Source: a virus (taxonomy: Duplodnaviria; Heunggongvirae; Uroviricota; Caudoviricetes). From it: 37,938 nucleotides of DNA. Within the stretch, counting starts at the first letter, position 1. The number at the start of each line of letters is the position of its first letter. This document shows positions 9,681 through 18,444 of this stretch, piece after piece. The translations under genes and the position numbers were made by a program. Below the pieces are notes generated by a model that saw only the letters and a list, made by a program, of their open reading frames with translations, made no database searches and was not told the origin of the DNA. Location of the stretch: IMG/VR virus record IMGVR_UViG_2529292758_000013. One strand, given 5' to 3'.

Positions 9681-9869
9681 ATGCAGGACTATTTTTTGGA
9701 GTCTTTGAAGCTCCAGCGCATTGATTTTTTTCTTAAGCTTGTAGCGGCTAGTGAGTGTAGTGATGAAGAGAAGGGGCTGGCTCTGCAGTGGGTTTCTGAA
9801 CTGACAGATGAACTCATGGCAAAAATCAGAACCCACGAATACAACCGCTCAATGGATGTCATCAGCTGA
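9681..9869 (+). CDS. Small protein (62 aa), possible antirepressor (Tum-like N-terminal part)
   Basis: Strong SD AGGAGGA 6 nt before ATG 9681, just downstream of the LexA box; function inferred from position relative to phage 186 tum. Confidence 0.4.
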   Translation: MQDYFLESLKLQRIDFFLKLVAASECSDEEKGLALQWVSELTDELMAKIRTHEYNRSMDVIS

Positions 9870-9879
9870 GGTGACTTTT

Positions 9880-10113
9880 ATGCGCATTGAAATAATGATC
9901 GATAAAGAGCAGAAGATTAGCCAGTCTACCCTGGACGCCCTTGAATCCGAGCTTTACCGCAATCTGCGCCCCCTGTATCCCAAAACGGTAATTCGTATCC
10001 GCAAAGGTAGCTCTAACGGTGTGGAACTTACCGGATTGCAACTGGACGAAGAAAGAAAACAAGTGATGAAAATTATGCAGAAAGTGTGGGAAGACGACAG
10101 CTGGCTGCATTAA
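9880..10113 (+). CDS. DinI-family protein (77 aa)
   Basis: MRIEIMIDKEQ...LRPLYPKTVIRIRKGSSNGVELTG...QKVWEDDSWL resembles DinI (MRIEVTIAK...ETWESADDWF) from memory; SD GAGGTG before ATG 9880. Confidence 0.65.
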   Translation: MRIEIMIDKEQKISQSTLDALESELYRNLRPLYPKTVIRIRKGSSNGVELTGLQLDEERKQVMKIMQKVWEDDSWLH

Positions 10114-10319
10114 GAAACGTTGCCCCCAAGAGGATTCATTCGAATGGGGGCTAGTTTGGGCAATGAGTGAAATAAGGCGTAAGGTGGGTGGTCATTTTGA
10201 TAAATGATCGTCCGCTTTGTGCCAGAAGCGAACGTTTCTTCTGCTATCTTTCGTCAATTAACGAATGGCAGACTAATTTGCAACGGATAATCTGAATTTT
10301 GTAAGATTATGGGTATTCC

Positions 10320-10325
10320 TATAAT
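10320..10325 (+). promoter_or_regulatory. Candidate sigma70 -10 hexamer (TATAAT) in the AT-rich leader of the second KAP-like gene
   Basis: Perfect TATAAT at 10320-10325 with a TTGTAA -35-like hexamer 15 bp upstream; not verified. Confidence 0.3.
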
Positions 10326-10434
10326 ATTTACCAATAATAACCTTACAATGTACACTACCTATTGAATTTTCCATAGTTGGCCTTTGGCTCTACTTACCAT
10401 CTATGTTTATGTATTTTATCAAAATGGACTAAAA

Positions 10435-12327
10435 ATGCACAATACGTACATCAAAGACTATATAGAATATTACCTTAGCCTTAAAACTGAACCTCAATAC
10501 GCCATTATGCTTAAAGGTGCTTGGGGATCAGGTAAAACTTGGTTCATTGAACGAGTTCTTGAAGAATATAAGCAAAAGCATTCAGAGTTCAAATTTCTTA
10601 AAGTGAGTTTGTATGGCGTCAACTCTATTGAGCAGATTGAAGATGAGTTCTATCGTCAACTTCATCCTATTCTATCAAACAAAGCCCTTATCTTTGGTGC
10701 AAATGTACTAAAAAATACGCTTAAGGCTACTTTCAAGATCGATTTCAATGGCGATAATAAGTCTGACGTAGATGTCAATGCCAGTGTCCCCACTATTAAT
10801 CTTAGCGACTTTAGCAGAGAACCAGATGGTTTTGTGCTGGTCTTTGATGATATCGAGAGAGCTGGTATAGATTTACCAATCTTATTTGGATATATAAATC
10901 ACTTTGTAGAAGTAAACGGATACAAAGCGATCCTGGTTGCCAATGAAGAAGAAATAATCAACAGAGAAAAGCGAATAAATAATGATGATGAGAAATCTAG
11001 CAGTGAATACATAAGAACAAAAGAAAAGCTTGTAGGTAAAACATTTGAAGTAACGTCAGATTTACATAGTGCTTGTAATATTTTCTTGGGCGTAATTAGT
11101 AGTTTACACGTAGCTAATATATTTAAAGAAGATATGCAGACCATAGAACACCTCTATGTGTCGGCGAAATATAATAATCTAAGACATTTGAGGCAGTTCT
11201 TTCTTGATGTACAACGCATCATTTCCCTTTTGGGAGATAAATATGTCAGCAACGACGATTTTATGAAAGTATTTTTCCAGCAGTTATTAATTTTCTCGAT
11301 GGAGTACCGGGGAGGGAACCTTAACTACGAGGATTTCAATTCAATCGGCAATGTAAATTATAGTATGTTTTTAGATAAAGGGCGTGCCAAAACTAAGTAT
11401 GATATGATCGTCGAGAAATATTCATCACCTGTATTAACCGAGACGTTACTGGATGGTGCGTACTGGAGAGAGCTAATCTGTGATGGAAAGGTAACGCATG
11501 ATCTTCTCGCTCAGCTGGATATTACGCGATTTTTTAGAAGCACCGATGCCCAAGCATGGGAGTATTTGTGGAACTATCGAGAACTTAATGAAACTATTCT
11601 TAATGAACAGTACGCCATTGCCAAGGATAATCTATTTTCAGGTAAGATCACTTCCTTAGGTGAACTCCTGATGACCGCGAGTATTTTGCTGGCATTGGCG
11701 AAAGAAGGTTTAACCACAGATGCTGTTGATGACATTATAAATGAGACAAAACATCATATAGATATTTATTACAATGGATTAGGACCTGAAGATATACATC
11801 AGGAGTATGCGCAAAGACATTATAATGAGTTAATGGCATGGCGTGGCTTTGGTTTTCTTGACAGGGATAGCGATGAATTCAAACTCATTATTGAGCATAT
11901 TAAGATAGCGCAGAAGAAACGGTTTGATGAATCAATTCCGGAGTTTGCATTGAAGTTCAGCGATGAGTTGCAAAGAGGAAATTTATCGTTTGTATCTGAA
12001 TTGTGTCATTCTAATAATAGGCAGCTAAATCTTCATAACGTGCCTTTTTTACACTTGGTTTCTCCTGAAGTTTTCATTGAAAGCTATAGGAAACTTGACC
12101 CAATCATCATGAGGAAACTGGCATTTAGCTTGAGGGATCGTTATTCTGATAGGGATGCCAGAACCAGACTGACCGAAGAATACAACTGGTTGATTAGCCT
12201 AAAAGAGATAGCTGTAGATTTCACTCAAAACGCAGCCAATAACTCCTTTCAGGTTTTTCATGTAAAGTTTTTTATTGACTATGCACTAACTAATGCAATC
12301 AAATTATTTACTGAGGGAACTGATTAA
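10435..12327 (+). CDS. KAP-like P-loop NTPase, second divergent copy (630 aa from ATG 10435; an in-frame TTG at 10384 is possible)
   Basis: Walker A GAWGSGKT and Walker B-like VLVFDDIER in a layout parallel to the 1133-2464 protein; AT-rich; followed by a GC-rich hairpin terminator. Confidence 0.7.
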   Translation: MHNTYIKDYIEYYLSLKTEPQYAIMLKGAWGSGKTWFIERVLEEYKQKHSEFKFLKVSLYGVNSIEQIEDEFYRQLHPILSNKALIFGANVLKNTLKATFKIDFNGDNKSDVDVNASVPTINLSDFSREPDGFVLVFDDIERAGIDLPILFGYINHFVEVNGYKAILVANEEEIINREKRINNDDEKSSSEYIRTKEKLVGKTFEVTSDLHSACNIFLGVISSLHVANIFKEDMQTIEHLYVSAKYNNLRHLRQFFLDVQRIISLLGDKYVSNDDFMKVFFQQLLIFSMEYRGGNLNYEDFNSIGNVNYSMFLDKGRAKTKYDMIVEKYSSPVLTETLLDGAYWRELICDGKVTHDLLAQLDITRFFRSTDAQAWEYLWNYRELNETILNEQYAIAKDNLFSGKITSLGELLMTASILLALAKEGLTTDAVDDIINETKHHIDIYYNGLGPEDIHQEYAQRHYNELMAWRGFGFLDRDSDEFKLIIEHIKIAQKKRFDESIPEFALKFSDELQRGNLSFVSELCHSNNRQLNLHNVPFLHLVSPEVFIESYRKLDPIIMRKLAFSLRDRYSDRDARTRLTEEYNWLISLKEIAVDFTQNAANNSFQVFHVKFFIDYALTNAIKLFTEGTD

Positions 12328-12390
12328 CATTTTGTTGATTAACATAGGTAATATTATTAGAAGTACTAGACATGGTCAGTAAAATTATTA

Positions 12391-12420
12391 AAGTCCGCTT
12401 CGCTCGAAGCGGACTTTGTG
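12391..12420. terminator. Hairpin terminator after the KAP-like gene, T-rich on both sides
   Basis: AAGTCCGCTTCG...CGAAGCGGACTT perfect inverted repeat followed by TTTGTGCTTT. Confidence 0.5.
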
Positions 12421-12612
12421 CTTTATAAAAACGAGAGTTTTGTTTTTCAAGCGGTCATTCGGTTACGGGATTTCACTTCCCCCGTAAGTGCATGACTATG
12501 CCGCATGAGATCGCATGATCGTTTGCGGATCGTTTTTGCCAAGGTCCGCCAGAACTGGCGGGCTTTTGCGTAGATCATGCAGGTGCATGAAAACCACTAC
12601 ATAAAGTGGGCA

Positions 12613-12631
12613 GGCGTGGCGGGGATACGAG
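12613..12631. other. cos-like cohesive-end sequence (GGCGTGGCGGGGATACGAG) inside a GC-rich hairpin-dense non-coding region
   Basis: First 13 nt identical to the 186 cohesive end as I recall it (GGCGTGGCGGGGAAAGCAT; P2 GGCGAGGCGGGGAAAGCAC); located between the right-end genes and the portal gene. Confidence 0.5.
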
Positions 12632-12850
12632 CGCGCGCAACGAGGTGAAATAGCAAAACTCGGCACAGCCTACGGCCCGCTAGCGGCTTCAAATTGAAAT
12701 GGTGAGGTGCAGCAGCAAAAAAACCGCCCCACAGGAAGTTGTTGAGGTTGTTTATTGAGGGAATTGGCTTAAGCGGTAAAACACAAACATTGCAACTTGT
12801 GCATGAAATTGATACATTGTGCGTAATGTGTCTATATTGCGGGGTGTTTT

Positions 12851-13522
12851 ATGGCTTTCAGAGCGGAAGAAGCAGCAGCATCGAATTTCGAAAATGCTTA
12901 CAGATATCTAGTTCCACAAGGTTCAAATCAGGAGATGCGTTCGAAAGTTAGGGCGAAGCTCAAAGAAATTGTTGAAGAATGTGGGCCAGTAGTGGATGGG
13001 TATCCAGCATGGCATCCTTTTTTGCTGGAAAGAGATAAAGCTATTTGGGCGCCTATGACTCCCAATAATACTCCTAGCTTTAAATACCTGGACCACACGG
13101 TCTATTTCAGGAACGGCATTCTTACCTGTCCTTATGGTCATGGGGTTGATGAATTTATAGCTGGTATAAAACGTCTAAAGCACACGGATGCCCATTTCTC
13201 TATTGAGAAGATTGATGACGTTGTGCTTTATAATGACAACGCCGTCCCGTTGTTAATAAAATGCCATTGGCTTATTTCGGAAGATATGGAAGAGGATGGC
13301 ACCATTCCAGCAAAAGCAGCAATTGGATTGATGCTTGAAAGCGAGGTTCCTAACTGGCGGCATGCAGTTTATTGTGAAAATTGGGAAGATATGCGCGGGC
13401 AGTTGATGGGATATCCGCACGGTGCCAGATCATCTCTATTTGTTAATCAGCAGACAGGACAGAAAATGAAAAACTTCTGGAATCAGCTGATTAAGACCGG
13501 AATTCTTGGGGAAGAGCGATAA
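12851..13522 (+). CDS. Hypothetical protein (223 aa), cargo gene between cos and the portal gene
   Basis: Uninterrupted ORF with candidate promoter TTGATA-N18-TATATT at 12809-12838; no motif recognised; hairpin after the stop. Confidence 0.55.
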   Translation: MAFRAEEAAASNFENAYRYLVPQGSNQEMRSKVRAKLKEIVEECGPVVDGYPAWHPFLLERDKAIWAPMTPNNTPSFKYLDHTVYFRNGILTCPYGHGVDEFIAGIKRLKHTDAHFSIEKIDDVVLYNDNAVPLLIKCHWLISEDMEEDGTIPAKAAIGLMLESEVPNWRHAVYCENWEDMRGQLMGYPHGARSSLFVNQQTGQKMKNFWNQLIKTGILGEER

Positions 13523-13574
13523 TTTCTTGAGGCTTAGCTGCGCCTTTAACAAGCAGAGGCGCTGCTTTTTAAAT

Positions 13575-14624
13575 TTAGCTATCGTTGTTTGTGTCTATTC
13601 CCAGCGTGTAGGGCTCGAAGCGGATCACCTCTTTACCTAGCCAGTAATTCAGCTCCTGCAGCCGCTTTTGCAGCGGCATCAGTTCATTGCGGACGAAGAC
13701 ACGGCTCGCTTTTTCCACATCCCCAAAACCCCCAACATTATTCGGCATAATCCCCATCATTTGCGGTGGCACACGATGCGCCGCCATCATGTCATCCCGG
13801 CTCACGTTCTTGATGTTCAGAAACTCATCCTTCGCCGCGACTTCTGACAACGGGATGATCTGAAGCCCGTCCTTTTTGCCGTTAGGCGAGTACATAAACA
13901 GATTGCGGAAGTTACCTGGTCCTTTGGCGCTTTTCATCGCATTGCGGAGGTTGTTCACATCCTCCTGGTTTTGCGCGGCATCGGTCATGTACATGATGAA
14001 GCCTGCATGACTGCCGTTAATGTAATACTTTCGGCGGAACAGCGTGGCGGACTCGTTGAGCAGGGCTGACGGAATGGCAGAAAGATAACCTGGCAGGCCG
14101 TAGATCTCCTGGTTGATGTCCGGTTCCATCAGATGAAAGATGCTGCCTTTCGTAAACTGATACGGCTGCGTGGTCATGCCGTATTGCACAAACCAGTAGG
14201 TATCCAGGTCTAACCCGCGTCGGGTGTATTTTGCCAGGGCCGGTTCAAGGACGATAACTTCACCGAAGCGGTTCGTGCGTTTCTCCAGGTAGGCGTTACC
14301 AAATACCAGATAGTCCTGCACAAAACGTGAAAAAGCCTGCTGGCTGAGCAGCGGGTGAGGGATGTAGGTGCTGGTCAGAATGTTGCACTTTACTGCAATC
14401 GGTGAGCTGTGATGCACGGCGGCGCGAAAGGTGCGCGCCAGCCCGTCGAAACTCACTGGCGGCTCATACCAACGATCTGTCTGTACGCATTCCACATAGT
14501 CCAGCAGTTCGCGGCGGTCCAGAACAGGAACGGGATCACCGAAGCTGAATGCTTCGGCTGAAGTCTGGCTTTTATGCTGGATCTGGTTCGTCGACGCAGC
14601 GCGGTTCTTCTTACTCTTTCCCAT
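13575..14624 (-). CDS. Q: Portal protein, P2 gpQ type
   Basis: 349-aa ORF reading leftward away from the terminase gene with TGATG stop/start overlap; P2 Q-P gene order. Confidence 0.85.
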   Translation of the reverse strand: MGKSKKNRAASTNQIQHKSQTSAEAFSFGDPVPVLDRRELLDYVECVQTDRWYEPPVSFDGLARTFRAAVHHSSPIAVKCNILTSTYIPHPLLSQQAFSRFVQDYLVFGNAYLEKRTNRFGEVIVLEPALAKYTRRGLDLDTYWFVQYGMTTQPYQFTKGSIFHLMEPDINQEIYGLPGYLSAIPSALLNESATLFRRKYYINGSHAGFIMYMTDAAQNQEDVNNLRNAMKSAKGPGNFRNLFMYSPNGKKDGLQIIPLSEVAAKDEFLNIKNVSRDDMMAAHRVPPQMMGIMPNNVGGFGDVEKASRVFVRNELMPLQKRLQELNYWLGKEVIRFEPYTLGIDTNNDS

Positions 14625-16390
14625 CAAAAAATCTCCACAATATTGCTGGTATTGGCGGACTCGCCCTGCAGCGGTTCGTTAAACAGTGCGTGCATGGTTG
14701 CCCAGGCCAGATCGGCATGGCTGGCTTCTTCGCTGCGGCTGGCTTCATAGGTCGGGCGGTTGCCGCTGGCGGTGGTGGCGCGACGGATTGCCATAAATGA
14801 CTGCGCTATGTCGGTGTGTCCGGCGTCAAACTCCAGACGGCGGTGACTGATAATGTCGTAGGCCTTGAGTACCAGGGCGTTTTTAACGTTGGGGTTGTAG
14901 ACAAACTCCCGGACGGCTGGAAAAAACGCTTTCACGTTCTCGTAAACCCCGTGACCAACGCCGGTTGAGTCGATACCGATATAAGTCACGTTGTACTGTT
15001 CGGTAAGTTTTTTGATGGCGTCAGCCTGGGCGCGGAAGTCCATCCCGCGCCACTGGTGACGCTCAAGAATGCGGAACTTACCACCCGGCACGGCTGGCGG
15101 TGCCACCACCACGCATCCAGCGCTGTCGCCGTTTTGCGTACCTTTTGCCGGGTCATAACCGATCCACACTTCGCGCCAGCCAAACGGGCGCAGTGCCAGT
15201 GCATGAAAGTCGGTCCAGACTTCCCAACTGTCCACCATGCACGCCTGCAGCTCGCTGAGCGGAAACACGGACGCGAGATCGTCCACAAACTCGCACATCA
15301 GCAGGTTCTGGTATTCGTCCGGGCTGTACTCCATGCGTAGCTGGTCGAGGTCGAACAGGTTACAGCCGCCGCGCACCGCATCTTCCACGGTGACTATCTG
15401 GCGGTACTGCCCGTCTGCGCACAGCAGGCCGGGGGCCAGATTGCTGTGGGACAGGTCGATGTCCACCTTATCGGCTTTGTTGCGCCCACGGTTGAACAGC
15501 GCACCGGACCAGAACGGATAAGCACTGTGTGTCAGACTGGATGGCGTGGAAAAATAGGTTTGTCGCCATTTTTTGTGAATAGCCATACCGGAAGCCACTT
15601 TGCGCAGCTCCTGGAATTTCGGTATCCAGAAATATTCATCCAGATACAGGTTGCCGTGGTAACTCTGGGCCGTGCGGGCATTGGTGCCGAGGAAGTAAAG
15701 CGTGGCCCCGTTAGGAAGCACCATCGGATCGCCTTTCAGCTCCACCTCCACTTCTTTGGCAAAGTCGATGATGTACTGTTTAAAGACGTGGGCCTGAGCC
15801 TTGCTGGCAGAAAGGAAAATCTGGTTACGCCCGGTCAGCAGGGCGTCAATCAGGGCTTCACGGGCAAAGTAAAAGGTCGCGCCGATCTGGCGTGACTTCA
15901 GCAGGTTGCGGATGCGGTTGGTTTTTCCGGCTTCCCACCAGTGGCGCTGGTAGTTGAACATAGAGGAATTGAAGATTTCTTCCAGTTTCTCAATCTGTTC
16001 ATCGGTGAAAACATTCTTTTCCGGCTGACGACGTGGGCCTTTGTTGCGGTTGGCAACGTTAGGGTTTAAGTCGGCTTCGTTGCCGCCATTGTTAAACTTG
16101 CCGATCCGCGCGTGGCGCTCAGACTGGCGTGCCAGCAGGTCAATTTCTTTGAAATCTTTCCCTTCTTTGTGCTCCTTCATAATGAGCTGGCAGTAGCGTG
16201 CGGCGGTGGTGAGCTGCATCTGATCCAGCGGCCCATAGTCACCCCACTTGTCGCGTTTTTTCCAGCTGTGAACGGTTGCAACTTTCTCGCCCAGCATTTC
16301 AGCAATGCGGGCGACGCGGTATCCCTGAAAGTACAGCAGCATGGCCTGCCGACGGGGATCGAGGTCTGCGGGTGTCAGTGTGGTGTTCAT
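14624..16390 (-). CDS. P: Terminase large (ATPase) subunit, P2 gpP type
   Basis: 588-aa ORF with terminase-like segments (SRQIGATFYFAREA..., LYLDEYFWIP); divergent from the O-N-M-L operon as in P2. Confidence 0.88.
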   Translation of the reverse strand: MNTTLTPADLDPRRQAMLLYFQGYRVARIAEMLGEKVATVHSWKKRDKWGDYGPLDQMQLTTAARYCQLIMKEHKEGKDFKEIDLLARQSERHARIGKFNNGGNEADLNPNVANRNKGPRRQPEKNVFTDEQIEKLEEIFNSSMFNYQRHWWEAGKTNRIRNLLKSRQIGATFYFAREALIDALLTGRNQIFLSASKAQAHVFKQYIIDFAKEVEVELKGDPMVLPNGATLYFLGTNARTAQSYHGNLYLDEYFWIPKFQELRKVASGMAIHKKWRQTYFSTPSSLTHSAYPFWSGALFNRGRNKADKVDIDLSHSNLAPGLLCADGQYRQIVTVEDAVRGGCNLFDLDQLRMEYSPDEYQNLLMCEFVDDLASVFPLSELQACMVDSWEVWTDFHALALRPFGWREVWIGYDPAKGTQNGDSAGCVVVAPPAVPGGKFRILERHQWRGMDFRAQADAIKKLTEQYNVTYIGIDSTGVGHGVYENVKAFFPAVREFVYNPNVKNALVLKAYDIISHRRLEFDAGHTDIAQSFMAIRRATTASGNRPTYEASRSEEASHADLAWATMHALFNEPLQGESANTSNIVEIF

Positions 16391-16436
16391 GGCACAAACC
16401 TACAGCCTTGAATGAAGGCTTTCCCCGCCTGCGGTT

Positions 16437-16454
16437 TGTGTGGTTGTCGGTACA
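16437..16454 (+). promoter_or_regulatory. Late promoter element TGT-N12-ACA (Ogr/B activator site) in the P/O divergent promoter region
   Basis: TGTGTGGTTGTCGGTACA read directly; about 80 bp upstream of the O start. Confidence 0.5.
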
Positions 16455-16532
16455 AATACCGCGCATTGTTTCACTGCCCCCATCACCGCAACCATAAGGC
16501 TCCAGTAAGTTTTTTCTAACGGAGCACGGCTC

Positions 16533-17366
16533 ATGACAGTGAAAGCAAAGCGTTTTCGCATCGGGGTGGAAGGTGCCACCACCGACGGACGCGAAATCCA
16601 GCGTGAATGGCTGGAACAGATGGCAGCCAGCTACAACCCGGCGGTGTATACCGCGCTGATTAACCTTGAGCACATCAAGTCTTATCTTCCGGACAGCACC
16701 TTTAACCGCTACGGCAAGGTGACGGCGCTGTTTGCTGAAGAAATCACGGAAGGTCCGCTGGCAGGCAAGATGGCGCTGTATGCCGACGTTGAGCCAACGG
16801 AGTCCCTGGTGGAACTGGTGAAAAAAGGCCAGAAATTATTCACCTCTATGGAAGTCAGCCCGAAGTTCGCTGATACGGGCAAAGCCTATCTGGTCGGCCT
16901 GGCTGCCACTGATGACCCTGCCAGTCTGGGTACGGAAATGCTGACATTCAGCGCCAGTGCAGCCCATAACCCGCTGGCAAACCGCAAGCAGAATCCTGCC
17001 AATCTCTTTACCGCTGCAGAGGAAACGGTGATCGAACTGGAAGAAATCCAGGACGACAAACCGTCCCTGTTTGCCCGCGTCACGGCGCTGTTTACCAAAA
17101 AAGAGCAGTCCGATGACGCCCGGTTCTCTGATGTGCATAAGGCCGTGGAGCTGGTCGCCACTGAGCAGCAGAACCTGAGCGCACGCACCGAAAAATCCCT
17201 GTCTGAGCAGGAAGAACGCCTGTCTGAGCTGGAGACTGCCCTGCAGGCACAGCAAACCGCCTTTAACGAACTGGTGGACAAGCTGAGTCATGAAGACAGT
17301 CGCCAGGACTACCGCCAGCGTGCAACAGGCGGTAACGCCCCCGCTGACACTCTGACCAATTGCTGA
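16533..17366 (+). CDS. O: Capsid scaffolding protein, P2 gpO type
   Basis: 277-aa ORF, SD GGAG before ATG 16533; first gene of the rightward late head operon. Confidence 0.8.
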   Translation: MTVKAKRFRIGVEGATTDGREIQREWLEQMAASYNPAVYTALINLEHIKSYLPDSTFNRYGKVTALFAEEITEGPLAGKMALYADVEPTESLVELVKKGQKLFTSMEVSPKFADTGKAYLVGLAATDDPASLGTEMLTFSASAAHNPLANRKQNPANLFTAAEETVIELEEIQDDKPSLFARVTALFTKKEQSDDARFSDVHKAVELVATEQQNLSARTEKSLSEQEERLSELETALQAQQTAFNELVDKLSHEDSRQDYRQRATGGNAPADTLTNC

Positions 17367-17382
17367 TGGAGCACAAAACCCG

Positions 17383-18441
17383 ATGAAGAAGAATACCCGC
17401 TTTGCTTTTAACGCTTACCTGCAGCAGCTGGCGCGTCTGAACGGTGTGGCAGTTGAAGAACTGTCCAGCAAGTTCACCGTGGAGCCGTCTGTGCAGCAGA
17501 CGCTGGAAGACCAGATCCAGCAGTCCGCCGCTTTCCTGACGCTGATTAACGTCACGCCAGTGACTGAGCAGTCCGGTCAGCTGCTGGGGCTGGGAGTTGG
17601 CAGCACCATTGCCGGAACCACTGACACCACCGCGAAAGAGCGTGAACCTGTCGATCCGACGCTGATGGTCGATGTGGAATATAAATGCGAGCAGACCAAC
17701 TTTGACACGGTGCTGACCTACGCGAAGCTGGACCTGTGGGCGAAGTTTCAGGATTTCCAGGTGCGCATCCGTGACGCCATCGTGAAACGTCAGGCTCTGG
17801 ACCGCATCATGATCGGCTTTAACGGCGTGAAGCGTGCGAAAACCTCCAACCGTAGCGAAAACCCGCTGCTGCAGGATGTGAACAAAGGCTGGCTGCAGAA
17901 AATCCGTGAGGATGCACCGGATCACGTCATGGGCAGCACCACCACGGGCGGCGAAACCACACCGGGTGCGGTGAAAGTCGGGAAAGGTGGCGAATATGCC
18001 AACCTGGACGCCGTGGTGATGGATGCCGTCAATGAGCTTATCGATGTGGTCTACCAGGACGATGACGATCTGGTGGTGATTTGCGGTCGTGAACTGCTGT
18101 CTGACAAGTATTTCCCGCTGGTCAACAAAGAGCAGGAAAACAGTGAAAAACTGGCTGCCGATATGATCATCAGTCAGAAACGCATGGGTGGCCTGCAGGC
18201 CGTGCGTGCGCCGTTCTTCCCGCCGAATGCACTGCTGATCACCCGTCTGGATAACCTGTCCATCTACTGGCAGGAAGACACCCGCCGCCGCTCAGTTATC
18301 GACAACCCGAAACGTGACCGGATTGAAAACTTTGAATCCGTTAACGAAGCCTATGTGGTTGAGGACTACCGCTGCGCCGCACTGGTGGAAAACATCCAGA
18401 TTGGCGACTTCAGCGCCGCAGCAGCAGAAACCGGAGCGTAA
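17383..18441 (+). CDS. N: Major capsid protein, P2 gpN type
   Basis: 352-aa ORF following O; size and order as P2 N. Confidence 0.85.
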   Translation: MKKNTRFAFNAYLQQLARLNGVAVEELSSKFTVEPSVQQTLEDQIQQSAAFLTLINVTPVTEQSGQLLGLGVGSTIAGTTDTTAKEREPVDPTLMVDVEYKCEQTNFDTVLTYAKLDLWAKFQDFQVRIRDAIVKRQALDRIMIGFNGVKRAKTSNRSENPLLQDVNKGWLQKIREDAPDHVMGSTTTGGETTPGAVKVGKGGEYANLDAVVMDAVNELIDVVYQDDDDLVVICGRELLSDKYFPLVNKEQENSEKLAADMIISQKRMGGLQAVRAPFFPPNALLITRLDNLSIYWQEDTRRRSVIDNPKRDRIENFESVNEAYVVEDYRCAALVENIQIGDFSAAAAETGA

Positions 18442-18444
18442 TTC

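Noticed and set aside
10125-10155. Hairpin GCCCCCA...TGGGGGC after the DinI-like gene, as a possible terminator separating it from the KAP-like gene
   Set aside because: Long 16-nt loop and no following T-run; too weak to call, so read-through from the SOS promoter into the KAP-like gene remains possible.
12420-12740. GC-rich region with multiple stem-loops that at first looked like a structured ncRNA (retron msr/msd-like or type III antitoxin-like)
   Set aside because: No reverse transcriptase or toxin gene adjacent, no tandem repeat structure, and the region contains a cos-like 19-mer in the expected genomic position; better explained as the phage cos/packaging region.
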